A stretch of 33,419 bases of DNA from Bigelowiella natans CCMP2755 (Eukaryota > Protista > Cercozoa), in contig ADNK01002941.1 in assembly GCA_000320545.1 (NCBI GenBank), forward strand, positions 1 through 33,419, in the 5' to 3' direction. Below the pieces are notes generated by a model. The model was not told where the DNA came from and searched no databases. It saw nothing but the letters and a program-made list of their open reading frames with translations. Positions 22,170-31,597 of this stretch are shown here, in pieces (position 1 is the stretch's first letter; each line of letters opens with the position of its first letter). The translations under genes and the position numbers were made by a program.

Positions 22170-23993
22170 TTATAATAACGAAGAGAGTTTCTTTTTCATT
22201 CCACCACCACTTACGGATGCTTTACCTCCCATCTTTTTCTTGAGCACATTTGCTCCCATTTTAAGAACGGCATCTTGAACTTTAGGATTAGAGGCAATAT
22301 TTTTCACAGTTTTCCCAACTTTAGATGCTAAACTGCTAAAGAACCCTGAACCGACTAATTTGTTTTCAACATCACTTCCTCCAAATTGTGCTGATAATAC
22401 ATCCTGTTCTGTAATAAGGTTCTTAACAATCATAGAAGAACCTGCTACAGTCTTGAAAAATCCTGATTGAGGGGTCATAACTACAAGTTGAAGGTTTGGA
22501 ATAGCAACATCACCCATTGCTGTAGGTTTCATACAGGTTGCTTGGATTTGTAGTGTATAGTTTCCAATCACACCTGGTGCTTGAGAAGGGTTTAATTCAA
22601 TATCTTTACCCATCTTAGCAATGACGAACCCACCACTGGTGTGGATTTTTCTGCCTTTACTTCTACTGCTTCCAATATAGGTGTGGAAATCAATTTCTAA
22701 TCCATTATCATAACTCATCTTGTATAATTTATCCACAGGCATTGTGTTTAAAAGACCGCTTCTGTTGTCAAAGGTAATGTTTAAATTTGTGATGGGAAAA
22801 TAGAATTCGTTTTCAGTCGCATCATATGTTGTTTTCTTAACAGCAATAATTAAACTATCAGGGATACTTGGTAATGTTATGGTGGATGATAATATAGTTT
22901 TACTGTTGTTTATCCCTTGAGGAAAACCATTACTATCAATAGTTCTATATGTAGGAAACTCCATATATGGGACAATATTTTCAGGACTGACTTTGAGGTC
23001 TAAAGCAGGAGTTAAATACACAACATCTATATAACTTTGTAAAAATGGTCCTGGTTTATTCGCTAATGTAACGAATTCTGCTCTACAGGTTATAGCACCT
23101 GCTTCAGTACCGATTCTGTTTCCATCGTAGCAGACTGCTCTACTTGGGTCTTTGAAATTGATTTGGAGGGTAGCATTATTAACACCGTATAAACCTACAC
23201 TATGATAATTCTCAGGAACATAGCATAAAGGACTAATCATAAGTTTCTCTTTGGATGTAAATTTTAGGAAAAATTTATATTCTGCTTGGACTTGATTTCC
23301 AACTGCTCTTGCGACTGGTTCGCCATCTACATATGGATAAGCAACACCACCTATGTTCACATTTCCATTAAAGTTGTCCGCTAAAACATTGCCATTTTCA
23401 TCTACAAAGTTCACATCAAAATGTGCTCCATTCTTGTGGTAGAATTTATCGCCGTCAAAGAACCCAGTAATACTATTATTGAATGCCCCTTTACCTTCGC
23501 TATATTTTCCATAAGGTGATAAATAGGAAGGGCAAATCGCACTGCTACTATCATATTTTGGGTCAGTAGTCATTAGAAGCAACTGCTCGTTAATGGATTG
23601 GTCTAAATTGGTCGTACTTACGGTATCGTTGATTTGAAGACTCATTGTAGAAACCATTCGGTGTAAAGGGAAGTTGTTTAAGGATAAGATTTCACTTAAG
23701 GTTGCGATTTTAGCATTAGCAGCAGGGTTTCCATCCACACCAAAATCAACAGTAGTCTTAAAATCACCTCTATTTAAGGTGACTAAAAGGGTGACCTCGC
23801 TAGTCCAGTTTATCTTTCGGTCAACGAAGACATTTAAAGAAGGTATGGTAATGTTATAGTTTTGATTACTCGCACTTGCGGATAAAGATTTAATCTGTTT
23901 GTTATTCACTGACATAGAACTCTTAGAGATTTTGTATTCAGGTGGTAACTGAACTGTTCTCGCATCATAAACTGCTTTCTTACTTAAATTCAT
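22170..23993 (-). CDS. Virophage major capsid protein (double jelly-roll)
   Basis: 607 aa. N-terminus AVYDARTVQ...YKISKS...SASNQNYNITIPSLNVFVDRKINW resembles Sputnik-type MCP. Also FPLHRMVSTMSLQIND, SSTITLPSIPDSLII, ITNLNITFDNRSGLL and a Gly-rich C-terminal tail. Confidence 0.92.
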   Translation of the reverse strand: MNLSKKAVYDARTVQLPPEYKISKSSMSVNNKQIKSLSASASNQNYNITIPSLNVFVDRKINWTSEVTLLVTLNRGDFKTTVDFGVDGNPAANAKIATLSEILSLNNFPLHRMVSTMSLQINDTVSTTNLDQSINEQLLLMTTDPKYDSSSAICPSYLSPYGKYSEGKGAFNNSITGFFDGDKFYHKNGAHFDVNFVDENGNVLADNFNGNVNIGGVAYPYVDGEPVARAVGNQVQAEYKFFLKFTSKEKLMISPLCYVPENYHSVGLYGVNNATLQINFKDPSRAVCYDGNRIGTEAGAITCRAEFVTLANKPGPFLQSYIDVVYLTPALDLKVSPENIVPYMEFPTYRTIDSNGFPQGINNSKTILSSTITLPSIPDSLIIAVKKTTYDATENEFYFPITNLNITFDNRSGLLNTMPVDKLYKMSYDNGLEIDFHTYIGSSRSKGRKIHTSGGFVIAKMGKDIELNPSQAPGVIGNYTLQIQATCMKPTAMGDVAIPNLQLVVMTPQSGFFKTVAGSSMIVKNLITEQDVLSAQFGGSDVENKLVGSGFFSSLASKVGKTVKNIASNPKVQDAVLKMGANVLKKKMGGKASVSGGGMKKKLSSLL

Positions 23994-24023
23994 ATATAAT
24001 TACACCGAGAAAAAAAATTTAAA

Positions 24024-25313
24024 CTATTTTTGCTTTCGTTGAAACATTAGTTTTAGATGGATGCTACTTTTGTTAGGCATTCGTATAGGGACTAAATCAC
24101 CTGTCAACCGATGCTTCCAAAATGCCGAAATCTGTATACTTTTTAAGGGGATGTTCGCAGAGGTAAAGTTAATATATCTGTATTCACCGCTTGGAACATA
24201 GGTAATCGTTCCGCTATAATCATCGGCACTACTAATACCTACTGTCATATCACTAATAACCTTTTGGGAGGTATCTTGCCTACTATCGCTTACTTGCTGT
24301 TTGTCCACAAATTCTAAAGGTGTTCCCGTAATTTCACTCTCAATGGGAATGATATTGGTAGTAAATACAATCGCACTGACTGGACACCATAAACTGCTCA
24401 CACTCTCATAGTCTTGAGATAAAATACTATATGTTTTATTTCCTTTGGTGAGTGAATGAATGTCTAAATCATCCTCAATTGGTAGAATATCGTAGGCACA
24501 TCCTGGTATAGACATATTTTCTACTATATCAGTAATCGTGCCTCTGTTATATTCTATAGTGTTTCTAAGGTCGCCTCCAATATAGTTGTGATGAAAATTG
24601 CTGAAGAGTAAGAAGAGGTTGCTGTTAAAAAACAATCTACCTTTCACATCAAAAATGGTATTGTTGAACCTGTTGTTTTTCTTTCCGTGTATATCCTTGT
24701 CTAAATAAAGTTTAAATAACTGCGAACTTTCTTCATAATAAAGTATAGGTGCTTTGAGATTGTCTAAATGTGTTATTTCATCAGGAAGAAGACCTGGTAC
24801 TTCTGCTTTACATTTAGCAATCAGGTTGTCGTGACATCGTTTGAGAGTTTTATTAATCAAGTGTGCTATATGACTATAGGTAGAGACATAGTAATAATTA
24901 GTAGATAAATCCATCTGCTTCCCTACAGTTGTGGGTGGACTGGTGTTTTTGTTCTGGGTTTCAAAATATACAGTTTCGGTCTGAGACTTTTTGTGGTGTA
25001 TCCCATTTTGAATAAAGTGGTAGAACAGAGTAATCTTGTAAATGGTCTTATTCGCATCGGTCTGGTCTCGCTCAATTTCAGGTATGAATATAGGGATTTC
25101 TCTACCTACACCATTCAATTGAAACCGAATGATGGAGAAATACCAACTGCTGACATCGTCTAATAATGCCTTTGATAGGGTGTCTGTATAACTTACCACA
25201 GGATTATCCTTATTGCTGTCTATGGTCTCGTTATTTACAATATCTAAATTGTAATAAAGGTGGTCTTGATGCTCCTTGTTAAAATTGTTCATAGCAAATA
25301 CATAACTATTCAT
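24024..25313 (-). CDS. Virophage minor capsid (penton) protein
   Basis: 429 aa directly upstream of MCP. HLYYNLDIVN, YFSIIRFQL..IPIFIP, WCPVSAIVFTTNIIPI, YVPSGEYRYI and C-terminal IHLKLMFQRK match the virophage mCP pattern. Confidence 0.88.
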   Translation of the reverse strand: MNSYVFAMNNFNKEHQDHLYYNLDIVNNETIDSNKDNPVVSYTDTLSKALLDDVSSWYFSIIRFQLNGVGREIPIFIPEIERDQTDANKTIYKITLFYHFIQNGIHHKKSQTETVYFETQNKNTSPPTTVGKQMDLSTNYYYVSTYSHIAHLINKTLKRCHDNLIAKCKAEVPGLLPDEITHLDNLKAPILYYEESSQLFKLYLDKDIHGKKNNRFNNTIFDVKGRLFFNSNLFLLFSNFHHNYIGGDLRNTIEYNRGTITDIVENMSIPGCAYDILPIEDDLDIHSLTKGNKTYSILSQDYESVSSLWCPVSAIVFTTNIIPIESEITGTPLEFVDKQQVSDSRQDTSQKVISDMTVGISSADDYSGTITYVPSGEYRYINFTSANIPLKSIQISAFWKHRLTGDLVPIRMPNKSSIHLKLMFQRKQK

Positions 25314-25338
25314 TATTAATAAAATTTAGATAATTTTT

Positions 25339-26226
25339 TTAATATTTTAAATTGTTTTTTTTGATGTATTGTGATGCTTCAATAAACTTCAGTCCCTTAT
25401 CTTTCATCAATTTTTTAATCAAAGCACCCCTTCGTTTCCTTCTGTCGTTTGGATTTGTGGATTTGACCCTTGACTTAACAATCTTCAATCCTTTATCACA
25501 TTGGATGATGTTGCTTCGGTTGGTTTTCCTTTTCTTTTCTGTACTGATGATGGTGGGTGTGATACGACGAGACGGTTTGGATTTTTTAGTTTTCCTTCCT
25601 TTTGTAACATCTACCTCATTGATTTCATCCAGCGATTTGCCTGTGTATTTAAGTGCGATGTTGTTCAGTCTTTCTCGTTCTGCTTCCTGTGCTTTTGTTC
25701 CACCTACTCGTTTACCTTTCCCTGATTTCTTTTCTTCGTCTATTATCACATTTGTTTTCTTATTCCCTTTGCTACTTTTCAACTTTTTATTTACCCTATC
25801 CATTATCCTTTTCTTAAATTCTTTGTTGCTTTCTACCCACTGAAATAGTTCTTTTGGAGGTTTGTCTACCACTACCCAATCGTCTTTATTGTTGTCAGCA
25901 CCTCCATAGTGGTATCCTTTTCCTTTGACTTTTTGAATGAGTGCCTTCACATTAATCTTTTTCTTCTTCTTCTTTTTGTGTTTTACTCCAGATGCTTGGA
26001 CGACTTCATTCGCTACATCCAGGACATCTGCTATCTCAGGTAGTAATTTTTTACCCACTTTCATAGGTATTGAAAACCCTTGTTTAAAACCTTTGTGAAA
26101 GTCTTTCCAAAATCCAGCACCCATTAAGTTCTTTAGTTGTTTAACTTCGTCATCCATTTCCATAATATTCTTAGCATAGTGTAATCCTAACTGTAATGCT
26201 CTTGATTTATCAGCATTTTGCGACAT
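25339..26226 (-). CDS. Basic, probably virion core/DNA-binding protein
   Basis: Very Lys/Arg-rich. LMGAG-FWKDF amphipathic segment, several GG motifs, C-terminal RRGALIKKLMKDKGLKFIEASQYIK. Sits in the structural cluster. Confidence 0.65.
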   Translation of the reverse strand: MSQNADKSRALQLGLHYAKNIMEMDDEVKQLKNLMGAGFWKDFHKGFKQGFSIPMKVGKKLLPEIADVLDVANEVVQASGVKHKKKKKKKINVKALIQKVKGKGYHYGGADNNKDDWVVVDKPPKELFQWVESNKEFKKRIMDRVNKKLKSSKGNKKTNVIIDEEKKSGKGKRVGGTKAQEAERERLNNIALKYTGKSLDEINEVDVTKGRKTKKSKPSRRITPTIISTEKKRKTNRSNIIQCDKGLKIVKSRVKSTNPNDRRKRRGALIKKLMKDKGLKFIEASQYIKKNNLKY

Positions 26227-26292
26227 ATGTAATTATATATAAATCATTAGATATTTTTTTTTTTCAATAAAATTTTCTATATAATAATTAAT

Positions 26293-27060
26293 ATGGTGAA
26301 AAAATTTAAAGATGTCATTGATGAGAAAGATTATTACATAGGTTCTGTGAATTCCTATCAACAAACACCTACAGACATAAACGAAAACCTAAAATTAAAA
26401 TATGATAGTGATACTTTTGATGTATATATAGACGAGAAACTCAAAGTCATATTAATAACAATTAGAGGCACTGTACCTACAAGTATGGGTGATTTGTATG
26501 CGGATTACAAGATTGCTTGGAATAATCTACAAGCAAGTAATAGATTTAAAACTGACATTAAGAGAATGGACGAAATAATAAAGCAATATAAACCCAGTCA
26601 ATATCTGTATTTCATAACAGGTCATTCTTTAGGTGGAGCGATAGTGAATGAATTTATAAGGAGGTATCCTTTTATTAAATATGCTACAACCTTCAATGGA
26701 GCATCTCAACCCCAAGATATAAAGATACAGAATAACGATAAGGTGAAGAGAATATACATAAACAAAGACTTTTTATATAGACTTAACAACGGATACAGAT
26801 ATGATAGGTTGAAGGTGTTGAAATACAATCCTGAACAAGTTAGAAGTTTCTTTGATTTTGTGAAAAGAAGGTTTGACTATACCCCAACTATGCTAAAGGC
26901 ACACAGTTTAGACCAACCTGCTTTCAGGAAACTATATAATTACGAAGATGGAAACCCAACGATATTACGGAACGACTATGTAGAAGGCGGATGTAAGAAG
27001 AAGAAGGAATGTAAGTGTAAATACAAAAAGATTATTTCTAAAATTATAAATCTCAAATAA
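26293..27060 (+). CDS. Lipase class 3-like alpha/beta hydrolase
   Basis: ITIRGT oxyanion region, ITGHSLGGA nucleophile elbow, candidate Asp (NKDF) and His (KAHSL). Confidence 0.88.
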   Translation: MVKKFKDVIDEKDYYIGSVNSYQQTPTDINENLKLKYDSDTFDVYIDEKLKVILITIRGTVPTSMGDLYADYKIAWNNLQASNRFKTDIKRMDEIIKQYKPSQYLYFITGHSLGGAIVNEFIRRYPFIKYATTFNGASQPQDIKIQNNDKVKRIYINKDFLYRLNNGYRYDRLKVLKYNPEQVRSFFDFVKRRFDYTPTMLKAHSLDQPAFRKLYNYEDGNPTILRNDYVEGGCKKKKECKCKYKKIISKIINLK

Positions 27061-27067
27061 TATATAT

Positions 27068-27631
27068 ATGAATTTATGTAAGAATGTAGATTTCCATAAA
27101 AGTTTAGATAATCTTGTTAGTAGTCTAAAATCATACCCTCTTTCCAATTATGATTTAACAAATGCTCACCCTAATATCAGGATAACTACATCTGCCGACT
27201 TACCGAAATTGCGATTTGCCGACCAACTATTTAATGGTAATATCGGTGTCTTGTTGTGGTTGAATGAGGAGAATTCAGGACACTGGTTGGGTTTAATACG
27301 GAAACAGCACACCATAGAAATTTTTGATAGTTATGGATTTCCTTTTAAGAATATCAACAAGCACCTAAACTCCCAAATGAACATCTCGCCTGATGTGTTG
27401 TTAAACCTCATTAAGAAAGGCGGATACAAACCTATATTTAATAAGAAAATATACCAAAACAGGACCGATAAAAGCAATGCTACATGCGGAAGATGGGTTC
27501 TCTTAAGGTTCGCTTTTTCAAAATACAACCTCAAAGAGTTTGATAGGATTTTAAAACATATAAAAAATAAAACCTGTATCAATTCATTAGAATTGAGTGT
27601 TTTATATACAAATGAAATTTTAAACAAATAA
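27068..27631 (+). CDS. Virion maturation cysteine protease (adenain/Ulp1-like, clan CE)
   Basis: SGHW...IEIFDSYG...YQ...TCGRW gives the H-D-Q-C arrangement. Confidence 0.92.
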   Translation: MNLCKNVDFHKSLDNLVSSLKSYPLSNYDLTNAHPNIRITTSADLPKLRFADQLFNGNIGVLLWLNEENSGHWLGLIRKQHTIEIFDSYGFPFKNINKHLNSQMNISPDVLLNLIKKGGYKPIFNKKIYQNRTDKSNATCGRWVLLRFAFSKYNLKEFDRILKHIKNKTCINSLELSVLYTNEILNK

Positions 27632-27654
27632 TTATTATCTAAACTTATATATAT

Positions 27655-29337
27655 ATGAAAAAAAATAATGCTATGATAAAAGGACACGACGAGAAAAGAC
27701 GAATCCCTTTCTTTGATAACACACGAAGATTCATCTTACAGAGGGCAAAGCAGTCTATTGATTATAATAAGAAGAAAATGAATGAATACATAAATGGTAA
27801 ATCACTACCCAATATCCTTCCCCCAGATACACCAACAGGAGCATTCAACAGATTACACATCCAATCTCTCCATTCGGCGATGCCTATTGATAGCAATAGT
27901 GCTTATGCTACTACTAAAAGAGGTTCAGGTAGATACTACAACAACATTTTTAAAAATATGCTTGAAAATAAGAGGCAGTTTTTTGCTGAAAGAGATGCTC
28001 TTAAACAGGGTTTATCTATGGTGAAAGAAGATGATGAGAAACCTGCTACTGAAAAGGAAAGCATCTTCAAAGGCGAGAGTGTTTATGTAAAGATGCTTAA
28101 CCAAGTCGTTGATTTATTTGAGGAAGGTGATTACAGTGAGATAAAACTAACCTACTTACGAAATGCTTACTCACAACTCAAAAAGGAATACAACACGATA
28201 AAAAAAGATGATGTTGTTAAATATGCTAAATTTATCGCATCAGTGGTAAAGTATCATTTTGAAGGGAACAAAACATTCACTCGCAATGTTAAGGGCAAAC
28301 AACTTAGAGTGACTGCTAAGAGTTTTCCTAAATCAAAGTTAATGGTCTTCTTCAAGATATTAAACCTAAGTGTCATTATATTAGGCAATAAAAATAAGTC
28401 TGACGAGGAACTGAAAATCGTTATTGAAGGAAGTAGCAAGATGCTAAATGCCCCTAAAACTCCACAGGCAGGAAGAGACCTTTTCAATGATTTAAAGAGC
28501 AAGTATAATGTAAGCATTCCTACAATAGACTTGACAAATACAATAGAAGCAAGTTTAGGAGCAGAGGTAGATAAATCTATTAGAGATAAAGAAATTAATA
28601 GTGTTGCTACAGAATTACGGTCAACTGCTACTACTGGTAGGCAAATAGATAAAGATATTGTAGATAAATACCAAAAAGCAATTGATTCAGCATTTACTGG
28701 TAGTAATAACTTAGATGAAGTGAAGACAGGTGAAAGAAAGGATTTATTAGACAATAAGAAATATAAACTTGACAAGATTCCTAAAAATACTATGATAAAG
28801 GTCTTCAACAAGAATGTAAGAGTAGGGGCATTCATCAACAACCTTCGTGCTTCCTTAAAGAAAACCGACACAGAAAGAGATACTAAAAATAAAGTAAGTC
28901 TTATTCTTAACGATGTTGAAAGTAAAAAAAATAGTGGTAATTTAACTCTAAAATATATGAAGCAAGTTCAAAAGGAGATAAATAAGAATTTCAAGGATTT
29001 GAACCCTAAAAACAAATTTACTTATGATGGTAAAAGTATTGATAAAAATGATGTTAAAAAGGTGATACAAGCAGAGGTTGATTCTTTTGGAAAAAGTGAA
29101 AGGAAAGAAAGAAATGCGATTGAAAGCAATCTGTTAAAGGTAGAAAAGGCATATAGCGACGATGACTCGGTTTTACCTGAAGCGAAAACTGCTATAAATC
29201 TACTTAAGAAGAAGAAGCAGAATGAAAAGTATAGATTTTTTAACGAGGTATTAACAGCATCACAACTCATCAAAGTATTACAAGAATTAGTTGATGACGA
29301 AGATGATTTAGATGCTATTCCTGAACCTGATGATTAA
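27655..29337 (+). CDS. Hypothetical Lys-rich viral protein (560 aa)
   Basis: Long intact ORF between protease and ATPase with TCTA 13 nt upstream. No motif recognised. Confidence 0.8.
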   Translation: MKKNNAMIKGHDEKRRIPFFDNTRRFILQRAKQSIDYNKKKMNEYINGKSLPNILPPDTPTGAFNRLHIQSLHSAMPIDSNSAYATTKRGSGRYYNNIFKNMLENKRQFFAERDALKQGLSMVKEDDEKPATEKESIFKGESVYVKMLNQVVDLFEEGDYSEIKLTYLRNAYSQLKKEYNTIKKDDVVKYAKFIASVVKYHFEGNKTFTRNVKGKQLRVTAKSFPKSKLMVFFKILNLSVIILGNKNKSDEELKIVIEGSSKMLNAPKTPQAGRDLFNDLKSKYNVSIPTIDLTNTIEASLGAEVDKSIRDKEINSVATELRSTATTGRQIDKDIVDKYQKAIDSAFTGSNNLDEVKTGERKDLLDNKKYKLDKIPKNTMIKVFNKNVRVGAFINNLRASLKKTDTERDTKNKVSLILNDVESKKNSGNLTLKYMKQVQKEINKNFKDLNPKNKFTYDGKSIDKNDVKKVIQAEVDSFGKSERKERNAIESNLLKVEKAYSDDDSVLPEAKTAINLLKKKKQNEKYRFFNEVLTASQLIKVLQELVDDEDDLDAIPEPDD

Positions 29338-29379
29338 TATTTACTATAAAAAATAATATCTAATTTTTAATAATAAACT

Positions 29380-30240
29380 ATGCCTTATTTATTATTAAAA
29401 AAACTAAACAGAATAGATGAAAATGAGAACAAGAACCTGAAACCTATAGCGATTGTGAAGAGTGAGAAGAAGGACAAAGACCCCTTACATAATGCTTTTT
29501 TATACTTAGATATGGATGATAAACCGAATTCAAAGAAGAAGACAAAGATTGAGTTGGATTTCCATCAAAAATTTGAGATACTACCGAACACAAATTCAGA
29601 CAAGAGAGATGTGATGTATATTGCTGGTGCGAGTGGGTCAGGTAAAAGTTATATTACCAAACAGATAGTGAATAATTATGCGAAATTGTATCCAAAACGA
29701 AAAATATTCATAGTCTCTCGTTTAGACGAAGACGAGACATTAGATGGTATTAAATCCAAAAACATAATCAAATTAGACATACCATCTTTAGTAGAGACAC
29801 CATTTGATGTTAACAATCCATTATTTTATAAAAGTTGTTTTGTCTTGGATGATGTCGATGACCTTCCTGACAAGCACCAACAAAAAGCAGTCCAGGATAT
29901 GCTAAATGCTGTCAGTATTATGGGTCGCCTTCACAAAAAGAAAAAAGATGAGGAAGGTAAAGAAACCGGTCAGGGTGGGATAAGTTTATTCTTTTTGACC
30001 CACTATATATCAAATTTTAGTAAAACTCGTATCATTTTGAATGAGAGCACACATTATGTCCTTTACCCTCAATCAACGGCAACAAATCAATTATATTACA
30101 TTTTGTCAAAATACATCGGTTTAGAACGGAAAGACATATTAAATTTGAAGAAGATGGGAAGCAGATGGTGTTGTATTCACAAGAACTATCCCCAATACAT
30201 CGTAGGGCAATATAGTGCGAAAATACTACACACAGATTAA
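29380..30240 (+). CDS. Genome-packaging ATPase (A32-like, FtsK/HerA superfamily)
   Basis: Walker A YIAGASGSGKS, Walker B CFVLDD, MGRLH arginine motif, then FLTHY and ILNE. Confidence 0.93.
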   Translation: MPYLLLKKLNRIDENENKNLKPIAIVKSEKKDKDPLHNAFLYLDMDDKPNSKKKTKIELDFHQKFEILPNTNSDKRDVMYIAGASGSGKSYITKQIVNNYAKLYPKRKIFIVSRLDEDETLDGIKSKNIIKLDIPSLVETPFDVNNPLFYKSCFVLDDVDDLPDKHQQKAVQDMLNAVSIMGRLHKKKKDEEGKETGQGGISLFFLTHYISNFSKTRIILNESTHYVLYPQSTATNQLYYILSKYIGLERKDILNLKKMGSRWCCIHKNYPQYIVGQYSAKILHTD

Positions 30241-30269
30241 AAAAATAATTATCTAACTCTATTGTATAT

Positions 30270-30587
30270 ATGGATAATAAAGAACTGGTCTTGGATGTAA
30301 AACAACACTCCCAAGAGTTCAAAAAGCGATTGGAGCAGGAGATACTACACAAAATGGAAGTGGAGGATGCGAAATTAGAGAACACATATCAATCTTGCTG
30401 TATGACCAGCGATAAACGAGCATTAGAGTTCTTCTTAAAGAGCGGAGTCATATTTAGTGTGCTTGTGTTCAGTATGTTACAAGTTATCACAGTTAATAAT
30501 TCGTCCGAGCGGAATGCTTTTTTAAATATAGTAATATTAATACTTGGCACATTCTTGCCGTCGCCAAAAATAAAGGATAATAAATAA
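30270..30587 (+). CDS. Two-TM membrane protein
   Basis: YQSCC...D followed by two hydrophobic helices ending LGTFLPSP. TCTA 14 nt upstream. Confidence 0.75.
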   Translation: MDNKELVLDVKQHSQEFKKRLEQEILHKMEVEDAKLENTYQSCCMTSDKRALEFFLKSGVIFSVLVFSMLQVITVNNSSERNAFLNIVILILGTFLPSPKIKDNK

Positions 30588-30673
30588 TGCGAATACTGCG
30601 ACTGCTATGCTATGTGCTATATGTGCTGTGCTATGTGCGGATGCTGATATATGCGAAAGCAACAAGTGTTTTA

Positions 30674-31493
30674 TTATTCTGCTTTAAGTTCACTTGTCAT
30701 CAGTTGGTCATAATCTACATCATCCTCTTTTTCTTCATCATCAAACCTACTTCTACCCCAAAGTGCCTTTTTATGCACATTTCTACAATCATCCAGTGTG
30801 ACTGCCTTCCATTGTAGTTGTCTACTAACTTCAAACCAATATCTCTTTCCATTTTGTGTCACATAGGTAGTAAAACCTATTTTGTATTGCTCTGCATAGC
30901 CCATCTCTCTTTCCACAATTTCCATTACAGTTTTTGTCGCCGTTCTGATTTCTTCCTCTTTCATTTTCGGCAACAACCACTGCATAGTTTTGTCAATGTC
31001 TTCCAATGCTTCTTCCAATTCTGCTCTCTTTGATTTGAAAGTTGTCACCATATAATTCCATATCGCTCGTAATTGTGCCTCATATTGGAAATATCGCATA
31101 CTGCCTTTCTGCATTTGGTTAAGTTTCTTCCTTTCTTGACCATATGTTTTACAAGAAGTCTTACGGATTTTTTCTATGTTGATTGCATCCTGCTTAATCT
31201 TCTTTTTGACACTTTCCAAATTAGCATACCATTGTGAAGCAATTCCATTTGATGCAATTCGTGCAGGTTTTTGGAAGTTTTGAGGTTTGTAGTTCTCTAT
31301 TTGCTTGACCTGTATTTGTAATGATGCATTTGGGTCACAGATTTCCATTTGCAAATTCATTTTTTTGCAAATGGATGTCATCTTTGCATCGCCGTTGTTG
31401 ACCCTAAGATTGCTCGTAGCATCACAAAGCATTCGCATCTGGTTGCCGTTGTCAGCACCGCCTTGTAGTCGCTTTGTGAGGTTTAATGGAGTG
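30674..31493 (-). CDS. Hypothetical helical protein; probable exon 2 of the gene starting at 32217 (track ORF 30674-31438)
   Basis: 254-aa ORF whose frame stays open upstream of its ATG up to a polypyrimidine-TAG acceptor at 31494. Confidence 0.7.
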
Positions 31494-31597
31494 CTAAAGA
31501 AAGAATAATTAAATAATTAGTAACTATGTATCTCCTCCCCCTCTAATGGGTTGAAATTACAAATTAAAATAAAATAAATATAAATATATATTATTAC
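31494..31597 (-). other. Putative 104-nt spliceosomal intron
   Basis: ACA AG|GTAATA...TTACTAAT...TTATTCTTTCTTTAG|C ACT CCA. Donor, branch-point-like CTAAT, polypyrimidine tract and acceptor are present; phase 2 on both sides. Confidence 0.7.
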
